The notes beneath the pieces were generated by a model. The model ran no database searches. It had not been told where the DNA came from and saw nothing but the letters and a program-made list of their open reading frames with translations. Made by a program: the position numbers and the translations under genes. Positions 1 to 10,596 of a stretch of 64,000 bases of DNA are shown here, one piece after another. Position 1 is the stretch's first letter. Every line of letters begins with the position of its first letter. The DNA comes from an uncultured Clostridia bacterium (GTDB lineage Bacteria > Bacillota > Clostridia > TANB77 > CAG-508), in NCBI GenBank assembly GCA_934167835.1, contig CAKPLZ010000001.1, forward strand, positions 138,005 through 202,004, read 5' to 3'.

Positions 1-2880
1 AAATGAGCCAACTTGTGAATTTATTTGTTCTGGAGTTACTCCAAGTGCCTTTGTTGAGCTAAATAAAGACATTGTTTCTTTATCATCTAGTGGTATTGTT
101 TTTGGGTCTACTCCTGTTAAATCTTGTAACATTCTTATTACTGTTGGATCATCATGGCCCAGCATATCTAGTTTTAGTAAGTTTTTATCTATTGAGTGAT
201 AATCAAAGTGTGTTGTAATTATATCTGAATTTGGATCATCTGCTGGATGCTGTACTGGGCAGAATTCATATATTTCTCTGCCATGTGGAACAACTATTAT
301 TCCTCCTGGGTGCTGGCCTGTTGTTCTTTTTACTCCAACACAGCCATCTACAAGCCTTGATATTTCTGCATTTGTTATTGGTATGTTTCTTTCTTCATAA
401 TATTTTTTTACATATCCATAAGCTGTTTTTTCTGCCATTGTACCTACTGTTCCGGCTTTAAATGTTTTTCCTTTTCCAAATATAACTTCTGCATATCTAT
501 GTATTTTCCCTTGATATTCTCCAGAGAAATTTAAGTCTATATCAGGCTCTTTATCTCCATTGAAACCTAAGAATGTTTCAAATGGTATATCCATTCCATC
601 TTTGCAAAGTTTTTCTCCACATTTTGGGCAAAGCTTATCTGGTAAGTCAACTCCATTTTTTATTCCATAATCAGTAAAATCTGAATATTTGCATTTTGGG
701 CATCTATAGTGTGGTGGAAGTGAGTTTACTTCAGTTATTCCAAGCATATTGGCTACAAATGATGAACCAACTGAACCTCTTGAGCCAACTAAGTATCCAT
801 CTTCATTTGATTTCAAAACTAGTCTTTGTGCAATTATGTATAGTGTTGAGAAACCATTTTTAATAATTGAGTCTAGCTCTCTTTTTAACCTTGCTTGCAC
901 TATTTCTGGAAGTGGGTCTCCATATAGTTCTTTTGCCTTATTTTCGCAAGTTTCTTTTATTTCTTCTTCTGCCCCTGGTATTACTGGTGGGCATTTTTCT
1001 TTTGAAATTGGGCATACATTTTCACAAAGGTCTGCTATTTTATTTGTGTTTGTAACAACTACTTCGTAAGCCTTTTCTGGTCCTAGGTATTCGAATTCTT
1101 TTAGCATTTCTTCTGTTGTTCTAAAGTATAATGGGGCTTGGTTATCGCAGTCTGAGAAGCCTTGGCCTGCCATTAGTATTCTTCTATATACCTCATCTTG
1201 TGGGTCCATAAAGTGAACATCACATGTTGCTACTACTAGTTTTCCGAATTTTTCTCCTAGTTCTACAATTTTTCTATTTATATTTTTAAGTGCTTCTTCA
1301 TCTGGAACTGTGCCATCTCTTATAAGGAAGTTATCGTTTCCAAGTGGTTGAATTTCTAAGTAGTCGTAATACTGAGCGATTTTTTCTATTTTTTCTTCTG
1401 GTTTGTTATGTAGAATTGCTCTATATAACTCACCTTGTTCACACGCACTTCCTAGGATTAGCCCTTCTCTATATTTTTCAAATACGCTTTGAAGTACTCT
1501 TGGTCTTTTGTGGAAGTATTGTATATGTGATACTGATATTAATTCATATAAGTTTCTTAGTCCTTTTTGTGTTTGTGTAAGTATTATTGCATGATATGGT
1601 TTAACCTTTTTCCAGCCGTCTTCTCCTTCTGGTATTTCATCATCTGGAACAAAGTATGCTTCAACACCATATATAACTTTTATGTCTAATCCCAAATCAT
1701 CAACTGCATGCTTTGCTTCTGGGAAGGCTTGTACAACACCATGGTCTGTAATTGCAACTGATTTCATTCCCCATGATGCAGCTCGTTTTATTAGTTCTTT
1801 TGCTGGTGTAATAGCATCCATTTGGCTCATTTGAGTGTGCATGTGTAGTTCTACACGCTTTGTCATGCTATTATCTTGTCTTGTAATCTCTGCTTGTGGT
1901 GGCAATTCTATTACTACATTTGCAATAACTCCTAGCTCTTTTGCAAAGTTATCATAAGCTGCATTTCCTTGTAGTTTTACTCTTATTTTTGGTTTGATTC
2001 TTGCCATAACTTTTTGAACTTTTTCTGGTTCAACGAATGATTTACAAGTAATTGTGCTTGTTCCATCATATACATCAAACATTACTAAAGTTTTACCGTT
2101 TTTTAATTCTCTTGAATCAGTTCTTATTACTTTTCCTTGCAAAGCAACTTTTCCGTAATCTACTGTTAAGTCTTTTATTTTTACAATCTGTTCTTTGATA
2201 TTTGCGCTTCTTCCAAGTATTAACGGTGTTTCTTCCTCTGGCTCTTCTGGAGCATTCTCAGCACTTTCTTCCGCTGTTTGCTCTTGTTTCAACTCTTGAG
2301 CTGCTTTCTTATTTTCCTCTACAATAAAGTTTAGATTGTTTACCATGTTCTTACAAACATTTTCCTGTAATTCTTCTAAAAGATGGCGTTGTTCTTTTAT
2401 TTCTTCTTCTGAAATATTTTCATTATATGTAACTCTATATTTTTTGCCATACACATTCATAAATAATTTTTCTAAAACACTATCTACAGAATACGCATGT
2501 AAAAATTCAGAACTCTTATTCTTTAAATTAATTTCTGCACTATTCCCATCTAATGTAATTGTACTTCCTTTTAAAATTGCTTTAGTAATTGGAAATTTTG
2601 AAGCTACATATTTTATAATGTCGTTCCAGTCATCTTTAAGTGTGTGAATTAGTTCGATTTCTGGATATTTTACATCTATTATAATTGTCTGAATGTTAAA
2701 TCTTGTTGATAAATAAGTTTCAAAATCAGCTAAATCTTGAACTTTTAGCTGATTTTGACTAAATATTTCCACCTCTAACTTGTTGCTTTTTTTGTATAAA
2801 TTCATTTTTTGAATTTGTGCTTCTTGAATATTGCTTTCTTTTTTAAAATCTTGAAATACATCTTTTACAACCTTTTGCAT
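1..2880 (-). CDS. polC: DNA polymerase III, PolC type (N-terminal ~960 aa; the 3' end lies upstream of position 1)
   Basis: Minus-strand translation from the ATG at 2878-2880 reads MQKVVKDVFQDF..., then an OB-fold and PHP region (ELHMHTQMSQMDAI), exonuclease and polymerase segments (GKGKTFKAGTVGTMAEKTAYGYV...) with no stop down to position 1. Not in the ORF track because its stop is outside the window. Confidence 0.85.
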   Translation of the reverse strand, partial: MQKVVKDVFQDFKKESNIQEAQIQKMNLYKKSNKLEVEIFSQNQLKVQDLADFETYLSTRFNIQTIIIDVKYPEIELIHTLKDDWNDIIKYVASKFPITKAILKGSTITLDGNSAEINLKNKSSEFLHAYSVDSVLEKLFMNVYGKKYRVTYNENISEEEIKEQRHLLEELQENVCKNMVNNLNFIVEENKKAAQELKQEQTAEESAENAPEEPEEETPLILGRSANIKEQIVKIKDLTVDYGKVALQGKVIRTDSRELKNGKTLVMFDVYDGTSTITCKSFVEPEKVQKVMARIKPKIRVKLQGNAAYDNFAKELGVIANVVIELPPQAEITRQDNSMTKRVELHMHTQMSQMDAITPAKELIKRAASWGMKSVAITDHGVVQAFPEAKHAVDDLGLDIKVIYGVEAYFVPDDEIPEGEDGWKKVKPYHAIILTQTQKGLRNLYELISVSHIQYFHKRPRVLQSVFEKYREGLILGSACEQGELYRAILHNKPEEKIEKIAQYYDYLEIQPLGNDNFLIRDGTVPDEEALKNINRKIVELGEKFGKLVVATCDVHFMDPQDEVYRRILMAGQGFSDCDNQAPLYFRTTEEMLKEFEYLGPEKAYEVVVTNTNKIADLCENVCPISKEKCPPVIPGAEEEIKETCENKAKELYGDPLPEIVQARLKRELDSIIKNGFSTLYIIAQRLVLKSNEDGYLVGSRGSVGSSFVANMLGITEVNSLPPHYRCPKCKYSDFTDYGIKNGVDLPDKLCPKCGEKLCKDGMDIPFETFLGFNGDKEPDIDLNFSGEYQGKIHRYAEVIFGKGKTFKAGTVGTMAEKTAYGYVKKYYEERNIPITNAEISRLVDGCVGVKRTTGQHPGGIIVVPHGREIYEFCPVQHPADDPNSDIITTHFDYHSIDKNLLKLDMLGHDDPTVIRMLQDLTGVDPKTIPLDDKETMSLFSSTKALGVTPEQINSQVGSF

Positions 2881-2920
2881 CGTTTTTATGTTCCCTCTTT
2901 TCTCTCGTTTGCTTGGGAGT

Positions 2921-2949
2921 ATTATATCATATTTTTGTGAAAATGGAAC
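2921..2949 (-). promoter_or_regulatory. Putative extended -10 promoter (TGaTATAAT) proximal to polC
   Basis: The reverse complement of 2921-2929 is tgatataat. A weak -35 (ttccat) lies 17 nt upstream. RBS agagggaac precedes the polC ATG. Confidence 0.35.
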
Positions 2950-3103
2950 AGGGAAAATTAAAATTTTTGCTAAATTTTTTATCTTTATTTTATTGACATT
3001 CTGTAAAAAATATGCTATTATATTTTTAGCAAAAGCAAATGTCTTTTTCTGCATAAGACATCGTTGTTCCTCCTTTCAACCTCTTAAGCGAAAGGCTTGC
3101 AGT

Positions 3104-3132
3104 ATTATATATTATTATTTACAAAAAGTCAA
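3104..3132 (-). promoter_or_regulatory. Sigma-A-like promoter TTGACT-17-TATAAT (copy 1 of a 26-bp repeated promoter element)
   Basis: The reverse complement gives TTGACT (3127-3132), a 17-nt spacer and TATAAT (3104-3109). It is followed by RBS aaaggagg and an 11-codon ORF (MSYAEKDICFC) upstream of polC. Confidence 0.5.
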
Positions 3133-3195
3133 TACAGTTTAGAGTGTTTTACTTTAAAATTTCATTCTCAAAATTCGACAAAATTCATCATCTTT

Positions 3196-3497
3196 GAACT
3201 ATTACTTTTCAGCATTTTAACCAAAATTTCCGCACTATTTGTTTTATTATATTGTTGTCTTCAAATTTATTTATCCCAAAACATTTTTTACCTAAGTCTT
3301 CTATTGATGCTCCACAGTGATATAAAACTTTGTTATCTATTACTATAAATCTATCATGAAATTTATTGCTTTTTATTACTTGGAGATGTGGATACTCGCT
3401 ATTGAATTTTTTTATGTCTAATTCGGTTATTTTACATCTATCTCCTGTTATAATTATTACTTCAACATTCTTTTTCTTTTTAGATAACATTGAAAGT
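3196..3497. repeat. Direct repeat copy A (~300 bp, ~97 % identical to 5643-5945), covering the 3' end of the ORF6N gene
   Basis: Base-by-base comparison of 3196-3497 with 5643-5945 shows only scattered mismatches. Similarity extends more weakly back to ~3127 / 5586. Confidence 0.85.
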
Positions 3498-4123
3498 AAA
3501 CTTTCATCTATGTAGTTATCAATTATCACTATCTTTTCTTTGGCTATTTTAATTATATCTATTATTAAACTATAAGCATCATATATTTGTCCTTCAAAAA
3601 ACACTTTTTGTTTGAATTCTTCTTGTGTTTGTAACGCATTGAAAATTTTATCAAATTGTTTATCATATATTTCAAATTTGTTTTCCATTTTATTTTCAAT
3701 ACTTATAACCCTATGTAATAATTCTCCATTATTGTTAATAAATTGCTTCATCCTTACAAATGTTTCAACAATAATAACACTCATTTTGATTGCAATTTCA
3801 GTTTTTAGCAATCCCGCAAGCATTATAATTCCTTGCTCCGTAAAAACATACGGAGTATATTTACGTACAACTTTTCCGTTATTTATTTTTAAATTTAAGG
3901 TCGCAATTTGCGACCTTAAATTTAAAGTCTCTTCATTGGTTAGCTTAAAGCAAAAATCTCTAGGAAATCTCTCTACATTTCTTTTTACTACTTCATTTAT
4001 TCTTTTAGTTTCACAATCATACAACTTAGCAACATCACTATCTAACATTACTTGTTTATTTCTTATTGTATATATAAGATTCTTTATTTCATTATTATTT
4101 ATGCTAATTAATTCATTATCCAT
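3209..4123 (-). CDS. ORF6N (KilA-N-like) domain protein, phage antirepressor-like
   Basis: The N-terminal region IRNKQVMLDSDVAKLYDCETKRINEVVKRNVERFPRDFCFKLT...[21 protein letters not shown] is a typical ORF6N domain. The C-terminal part is of uncharacterised fold. Confidence 0.7.
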   Translation of the reverse strand: MDNELISINNNEIKNLIYTIRNKQVMLDSDVAKLYDCETKRINEVVKRNVERFPRDFCFKLTNEETLNLRSQIATLNLKINNGKVVRKYTPYVFTEQGIIMLAGLLKTEIAIKMSVIIVETFVRMKQFINNNGELLHRVISIENKMENKFEIYDKQFDKIFNALQTQEEFKQKVFFEGQIYDAYSLIIDIIKIAKEKIVIIDNYIDESLLSMLSKKKKNVEVIIITGDRCKITELDIKKFNSEYPHLQVIKSNKFHDRFIVIDNKVLYHCGASIEDLGKKCFGINKFEDNNIIKQIVRKFWLKC

Positions 4124-4217
4124 TCAAATATCATTCCTTTACAAAAACATTATCTTGCAATGTTCAATTTCATTTTTCCCCATTAATTTATATAAATATC
4201 ACCTAAAGCTAACCATT

Positions 4218-4246
4218 ATTTTATATTATTATTTACAAAAAGTCAA
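4218..4246 (-). promoter_or_regulatory. Promoter-like element, copy 2 (TTGACT-17-TAAAAT), upstream of the ORF6N gene
   Basis: A 26-nt stretch identical to the 3104-3132 element (ttgactttttgtaaataataatata). -35 is at 4241-4246. Confidence 0.45.
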
Positions 4247-4264
4247 TATATCTCAATGTTTTTT

Positions 4265-5507
<1,243 letters not shown>

Positions 5508-5563
5508 GTTTTTTTCCTCCTATTTAGGCAAGTTTTGTTTAACTTGCCTGTTTGTTTGGTTTT

Positions 5564-5592
5564 ATTTTATGATATATTTTGGAGTTTGTCAA
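5564..5592 (-). promoter_or_regulatory. Sigma-A promoter TTGACA-17-TAAAAT for the repeat-containing gene; 5'UTR hairpin at 5526-5549
   Basis: The reverse complement gives TTGACA (5587-5592), a 17-nt spacer and TAAAAT (5564-5569). The inverted repeat aggcaagtt/aacttgcct lies immediately upstream of the RBS. Confidence 0.55.
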
Positions 5593-5642
5593 TAGGTTTT
5601 TACTTTAAATTTTTATTCTCAGAATGTATAAATTCACCATCC

Positions 5643-5945
5643 TTGAACTATTACTTTTCAGCATTTTAACCAAAATTTCCGCACTATTTGTTTTATTATA
5701 TTGTTGTCTTCAAATTTATTTATCCCAAAACATTTTTTACCTAAGTCTTTTATTGATGCTCCACAGTGATATAAAACTTTGTTATCTATTACTATAAATC
5801 TATCATGAAATCTATTGCTTTTTATTACTTGGAGATGTGGATACTCGCTATTGAATTTCTTTATATCTAATTCGTTTATTTTACATCTAGCTCCTGTTAT
5901 AATTATTACTTCAACATCTTTTTTCTTTTTAGATAGCTATTTTAT
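5643..5945. repeat. Direct repeat copy B
   Basis: See 3196-3497. Confidence 0.85.
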
Positions 5946-6126
5946 TTTTTAATAAACCTGATAGCATCGCAACACCTTGTTCTGTAAATACATACGGCAT
6001 ATATCTTCTGCCGCCATATTTGTTTTCTAAACTTGAGGTCACAAATTGCGACCTCAAGTTTAGAAATTCGCTATCACTCAGTTGAAAACAAAACTCTGTT
6101 GGAAATCGCTCTATATTTCTCCTCAC
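5643..6126 (-). pseudogene. ORF6N-domain gene remnant, internally deleted second copy
   Basis: The 3' ~300 bp are near-identical to 3196-3497. Upstream, only a diverged ORF6N fragment remains ([27 protein letters not shown]...[24 protein letters not shown], ending at a stop at 5929). About 320 bp equivalent to 3498-3815 of copy 1 are missing. Confidence 0.65.
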
Positions 6127-6169
6127 ATATTCTAATCTTTTTTATTTTCTTGTTTTGATTTCATAATTT

Positions 6170-6817
6170 CTATTTTAATAAAACCTTCCTTATTTCTTCT
6201 ACATTCTCTACAATATAGTCTGCTCCTGCTGTTTCTAGTTCTTGTTTTGTTCCAAATCCATAAGTTACACCTATTGATTTTAGTTTATTAGACTTAGCTC
6301 CGAGAATGTCGTAGTTTCTATCTCCTACCATAATACATTCTTCTAATTTAAAATTATTTATATTGTCTAATGCAAATTTTATTACATCTTTTTTTGCATT
6401 TCTTGTTCCATCTAAAGTAGCTCCTGATACAAAGTAAAAGTATTGCTTTAGATTGTATTTTTCAAGTATTTTATTCGCATAAGGTTCTGGTTTTGATGTG
6501 GCTAGAAGAACATTTTTTCCGTTTTGTTTTAAGTTTCTAATTAATTCATCAATTCCTTTATATAGCTTAGTTTCCCAGACTCCCGTTTTTTCATAAAATT
6601 CTCTGTACTTTTCTATTGCATACTTGGCTTGCTCTTTTGTGAGATTATAGTAGTTTACAAATGTATCTTCTAATGGTGGTCCTATAAATTTTTCTAGGCT
6701 TGTTCTGTCTTGAACTTCTATACAAAAGTGTTTTAATGTATATACAAACCCATTAATTATTCCCTCTCTTGAATCAATTATTGTTCCATCTAAATCAAAT
6801 AGTATATTTTTAAACAT
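6170..6817 (-). CDS. HAD-family hydrolase (phosphoglycolate phosphatase-like)
   Basis: DLDGT motif at the N-terminus (MFKNILFDLDGTIIDS), VGD near the C-terminus; 215 aa. Confidence 0.8.
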   Translation of the reverse strand: MFKNILFDLDGTIIDSREGIINGFVYTLKHFCIEVQDRTSLEKFIGPPLEDTFVNYYNLTKEQAKYAIEKYREFYEKTGVWETKLYKGIDELIRNLKQNGKNVLLATSKPEPYANKILEKYNLKQYFYFVSGATLDGTRNAKKDVIKFALDNINNFKLEECIMVGDRNYDILGAKSNKLKSIGVTYGFGTKQELETAGADYIVENVEEIRKVLLK

Positions 6818-6915
6818 GTTTACCTCTTTTCTTCTAGATTATTATAGCATAAAATTCTAGTTGAGTGTATCTTTTGTAAAAATTATTTTCGTTTTCGAAT
6901 TCAGAAAAAATTATA

Positions 6916-6944
6916 TTGACTTTTCACATTTTATGTACTATTAT
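6916..6944 (+). promoter_or_regulatory. Sigma-A promoter TTGACT-17-TATTAT upstream of xpt
   Basis: TTGACT at 6916-6921, a 17-nt spacer, TATTAT at 6939-6944. RBS aggagtg at 6951-6957, ATG at 6965. Confidence 0.55.
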
Positions 6945-6964
6945 TTTTCTAGGAGTGATTTTTT

Positions 6965-7537
6965 ATGGATTTGTTGAAAGAGAGAATTTTGGCTGATGGT
7001 AGGATTTTGAATGATGATATTTTGAAGGTAGATGGTTTTATTAATCATCAGGTTGATTGTGAGTTAATGCGAAAAATGGGGGAGGATTTTGCAGAGCATT
7101 TTAAGGATTTTGGAATTACTAAGGTTGTTACTATTGAAAGTTCTGGTATTGCTCCTGCTTTTTCTGTTGCAAGTATTTTGAAGGTTCCTTTGGTTATTTT
7201 CAAAAAGCAGACTTCTGAAATTTTGGATGAAGATTTACTTCAAACTGAAGTGTTTTCTTTTACTAAGGGAAAGCCTTATCAGCTTACCGCTTCTCGTAAA
7301 TTTCTTGGTAATAGTGATAATATTTTATTTATTGATGATTTTTTGGCTAATGGAGAGGCTGGGCTTGGTGCTAGTAGAATAATAAGAATGGCTGGTGCTA
7401 ATTTGTGTGGTATTGGTATTGTTATTGAGAAGTCTTTCCAGCCTGGTAGAACTAAGCTTGAAGGTTTAGGTGTTCCTGTTTATTCACTTGCTAGAATTAA
7501 GGCTTTTAATAATGGTAAACTTGAATTTTTAGATTAA
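6965..7537 (+). CDS. xpt: Xanthine phosphoribosyltransferase
   Basis: MDLLKERILADGRILNDDILKVDGFINHQVD... is the characteristic Xpt N-terminus; PRTase fold, 190 aa. Confidence 0.85.
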   Translation: MDLLKERILADGRILNDDILKVDGFINHQVDCELMRKMGEDFAEHFKDFGITKVVTIESSGIAPAFSVASILKVPLVIFKKQTSEILDEDLLQTEVFSFTKGKPYQLTASRKFLGNSDNILFIDDFLANGEAGLGASRIIRMAGANLCGIGIVIEKSFQPGRTKLEGLGVPVYSLARIKAFNNGKLEFLD

Positions 7538-7546
7538 ATTAAAATA

Positions 7547-7580
7547 TAGAGGCAATTTTGTTTGCCTCTATGTTTATTTT
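7547..7580. terminator. Bidirectional rho-independent terminator
   Basis: tagaggcaa / ttgcctcta stem with T-rich flanks, between convergent xpt and the SBP gene. Confidence 0.6.
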
Positions 7581-8590
7581 ATTGCTTCTTCTGCATACTT
7601 GTTGTTTACAACTTTTTCGTAGTCTGCTCTTTTTTCTAGTTCTCCTGCTTCTTCTATTACATCTTGTAATTTATTGAAAGCTTCTTCTGTCATAACTGGT
7701 GTTTTGTTCCAAGCATCTATGTCTTTGTATCTTTGAATTGAGCTTTCTAGCATTTGTACATCTGTACTTGGGAAAAAGTCTTTTATAAGTTCTGCAATTT
7801 CTTTTGCAGAGTGTTCTTCTGTCCATTTTTGTCCTTTATATATTGCATCTGTAAAATTCTGTATTAACTTTTCATTTTTGGCTATATAGCTTTTCTTTGC
7901 AAAATATGCAGTATATGGAATTTCTCCCGCTTCTGCTCCAACTGATGCTACAATATATCCAGCTCCTTGTGCTTCTGTCATTGAAGCTGTAGGCTCAAAT
8001 AGTGTTACATATTCTGCATTTCCTCCCGCAAATGCTCCGGCCATTAGGTCAAAGCTTATGCTATCATCTAAAATCAAATCATTTTTTGTGTCTATGCCTT
8101 TTTGTTTTAATACATACTCAAATGTCATGTATGGAACTCCGCCTTTTCTTCCTGGAATTACTGTTGTTCCTTTTAAGTCACTCCAATTAAATTTTTCTGG
8201 TTTGTTTCGTGCCACTAAAAATGAGCCATCTCTTTTTGTAAGTTGTGCAAATACTTGTGGATAGTCTTCTTTTCCTTCATTATATACATAAATTGAAGCT
8301 TCAGGTCCTGCAAATCCTATATCACTTTGACCTGCTAAAACCGCTGTCATTACCTTATCTGCTCCTTGCCCTGTTGTAAGCTCAACTTTGATGCCTTTTT
8401 CTTCAAAATATCCAAGTGCTATCGCCACATATTGTGGTGAATAGAATACTGACCTTGTAACTTCATTCACTCTTACTGTTGTTAATCCTTTTGCCTCTTG
8501 ATTATTGTTTCTTTTAGCAGATATAATAACTGATGTTATTACTCCTACTATTGCAGCTACAATAATTGCTGCTATTATCCATTTTCTCAA
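7574..8590 (-). CDS. ABC transporter substrate-binding protein, NMT1/THI5-like (NitT/TauT family; ThiY-like)
   Basis: 338 aa, N-terminal TM/lipo-anchor region, SsuA/THI5-like fold. First gene after the permease and ATPase genes of the same operon. Confidence 0.75.
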   Translation of the reverse strand: MRKWIIAAIIVAAIVGVITSVIISAKRNNNQEAKGLTTVRVNEVTRSVFYSPQYVAIALGYFEEKGIKVELTTGQGADKVMTAVLAGQSDIGFAGPEASIYVYNEGKEDYPQVFAQLTKRDGSFLVARNKPEKFNWSDLKGTTVIPGRKGGVPYMTFEYVLKQKGIDTKNDLILDDSISFDLMAGAFAGGNAEYVTLFEPTASMTEAQGAGYIVASVGAEAGEIPYTAYFAKKSYIAKNEKLIQNFTDAIYKGQKWTEEHSAKEIAELIKDFFPSTDVQMLESSIQRYKDIDAWNKTPVMTEEAFNKLQDVIEEAGELEKRADYEKVVNNKYAEEAIK

Positions 8591-8605
8591 TGTTCTTCCT
8601 CCTAG

Positions 8606-9417
8606 TTATATAAATTTGTGTGATTTTGATAGTAGTTTTTCAAATAAAACTACTGAACCATAAAGTATGGTTGCAACAAAAGCCAAGATTATTACACCTG
8701 TCATTACTAAATCTAGCTTAAACACTTGACCTCCATAAACTATTAAGTATCCGAAGACCTGCCTTTGATACTAGAAATTCCCCAGTTATTACTCCTACTA
8801 AAGATAAACCAATATTTATTTTAAGAGAATTTATAAATGTTCCAATATTGGCTGGTATAATTATTTTGGTTAATAGTTGAAATTTACTACAGTTAAAGGT
8901 TTGTGCCATTTTGATTTTTTCTTTGTCTGTATCTAAGAAGCCATTTAGTATTTCCATAATTGTAACAATTAAGGAAATTGCAAGCCCCATTGTTATAATA
9001 GCACCTTTTCCTGCTCCAACCCAAATTATTATAATTGGTCCTAAAGCGACTTTTGGTAAACTATTTAGTACAACTAAAAATGGTTCTGCGACTTTACTAA
9101 AAAAGTCGGACCACCATAAAAGTATTGCCATAATAGTTCCAATTAGTACTCCTAATGAAAAGCCGTATCAAAGTTTCTTCACATGTTACCCATAGATGTG
9201 TTAATAGTTTGTTTTCAGATAAGTTCATGAGTGTTTTTAAAATTTTGCTTGGTTGACTTGTTATAAAGCTATCAATTAATCCTCTGTTTGCGCATATCTC
9301 CCATATTGCAATAAAAGCAATTACAATTCCTATTTGTGTTGCAAGTATTGATATTTTTTTTAGTTTAATTTGTTTTAGATATTTTTTTCTGTCCTTAGAG
9401 ATATTTTTTTCATGCAT
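8606..9417 (-). CDS. ABC transporter permease (NitT/TauT family) with two apparent +1 frameshifts, probably artifacts
   Basis: Three consecutive frames encode permease segments: ...EETLI / GFSLGVLIGTIMAILLWWSD...GEFLVSKAGL / GYLIVYGGQVFKLDLVMTGVIILAFVATILYG.... There are extra bases at ~9165 and ~8753 (C before GG on the coding strand). Length minus 2 is 810 nt, i.e. 270 codons. Confidence 0.7.
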
Positions 9418-10177
9418 TTACATCTAACTCCTTCCATAAGCTGTCAAAGTATTTACTGAATTTAGGACTTTCTCTTACGTTTAATGGATTTCTATTTTCC
9501 ATTTCAAAATCAATAGTATGAATTTTGTTTACTGTTGCTGGTCTTCCTGTTAATACTACTATTCTGTCTGACATACTTATTGCTTCTGAAATATCATGTG
9601 TTACCATTAGTGTTGTAACATTTTCATTTTTAATTATTCCATATATATCTTTTGTAACCATTAATCTTGTTTGATAATCAATTGCGGAAAATGCTTCATC
9701 TAAAAGCAGAATTTTCGGTTTAATTGCCAAAGTTCTAATTAAAGCAACCCTTTGACGCATTCCTCCTGATAATTGTGATGGATATTTGTCTTTAAATTCA
9801 TATAGATGGTATTTTTTTAAAAGTTCCTCTACATATTTTTTGTTTTCTGGTGTGCACATTTTTCTTATTTCTAATCCAAATAGCACATTTTTATATATGC
9901 TTCTCCATTCTAGTAAACTATCCTTTTGTAGCATATATCCAATGCTTGATGATAACCCAGAACTTTCTACTCCATCTATGTAGATTCTTCCTGAAGTTTT
10001 TTCTTCTAATCCTGCAATTATTGATAAAAGTGTTGATTTTCCACATCCACTAGGTCCTATAATGCTTACAAATTCGCCATTATTCACAGTAAAATTTATG
10101 TTTTTTATAGCCTCTATTTCACCATTTTTGGCTTGATATATTTTTGAAATATTTTCAATCTTTAGTAACTCTCTCAC
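9410..10177 (-). CDS. ABC transporter ATP-binding protein (NitT/TauT family)
   Basis: Walker A GPSGCGKST, signature LSGGMRQR, Walker B LLLDEAFSA. Confidence 0.85.
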   Translation of the reverse strand: MRELLKIENISKIYQAKNGEIEAIKNINFTVNNGEFVSIIGPSGCGKSTLLSIIAGLEEKTSGRIYIDGVESSGLSSSIGYMLQKDSLLEWRSIYKNVLFGLEIRKMCTPENKKYVEELLKKYHLYEFKDKYPSQLSGGMRQRVALIRTLAIKPKILLLDEAFSAIDYQTRLMVTKDIYGIIKNENVTTLMVTHDISEAISMSDRIVVLTGRPATVNKIHTIDFEMENRNPLNVRESPKFSKYFDSLWKELDVNA

Positions 10178-10240
10178 TTTAAAAATTCCCCCTACAAACT
10201 TATCTAGTTATATTATATTCTTGATAGGAAATAAGGGTGA

Positions 10241-10274
10241 AAAAAAACGATACTTCGAAAAGTATCGTTTTATA
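10241..10274. terminator. Rho-independent terminator downstream of rpsR
   Basis: aaaacgatact tcgaaa agtatcgtttt hairpin, preceded on the plus strand by A7 (a T-run on the minus strand). Confidence 0.7.
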
Positions 10275-10275
10275 A

Positions 10276-10572
10276 TTAACCTTGTGTGTAAGGTAATATA
10301 GCAATATGTCTTGCTCTTTTTACTGCTGTTGTGATTTCTCTTTGATGTTTTGCACAAGCTCCTGTTGCTCTTCTTGGTAATATTTTACCTTTTTCGTTTA
10401 CGAATTTTTTCATTTGGTCATAGTTTTTGTAATCTAAAACTAAATCTTCATTAGCACACATTGCGCAAACTTTTTTTCTTGTTTTTCTAAATTTTGGATT
10501 GAAATCTTCTTCATCTTTTCCATTAAATCTTTTTTTCTTATTATTTTTGTTGTTTCCTCTTTTATCTGCCAT
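10276..10572 (-). CDS. rpsR: 30S ribosomal protein S18
   Basis: ...[33 protein letters not shown]; 98 aa. Confidence 0.9.
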   Translation of the reverse strand: MADKRGNNKNNKKKRFNGKDEEDFNPKFRKTRKKVCAMCANEDLVLDYKNYDQMKKFVNEKGKILPRRATGACAKHQREITTAVKRARHIAILPYTQG

Positions 10573-10596
10573 TGATTATTTCCCCCTTTCTATTGT

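Noticed and set aside
6818-6964. Expected a guanine/purine riboswitch in front of xpt
   Set aside because: The 147-nt leader lacks the conserved UAUA...GGAUAUGGC...CCGUAAAU...CUAUG elements. Only a plain sigma-A promoter and an RBS are present.
10178-10275. Possible TPP riboswitch upstream of the ThiXYZ-like (NMT1/THI5 SBP, NitT/TauT permease and ATPase) ABC operon
   Set aside because: The interval is only ~98 nt and is mostly the rpsR terminator hairpin. There is no CUGAGA or GGGG...ACCUGAUC pattern.
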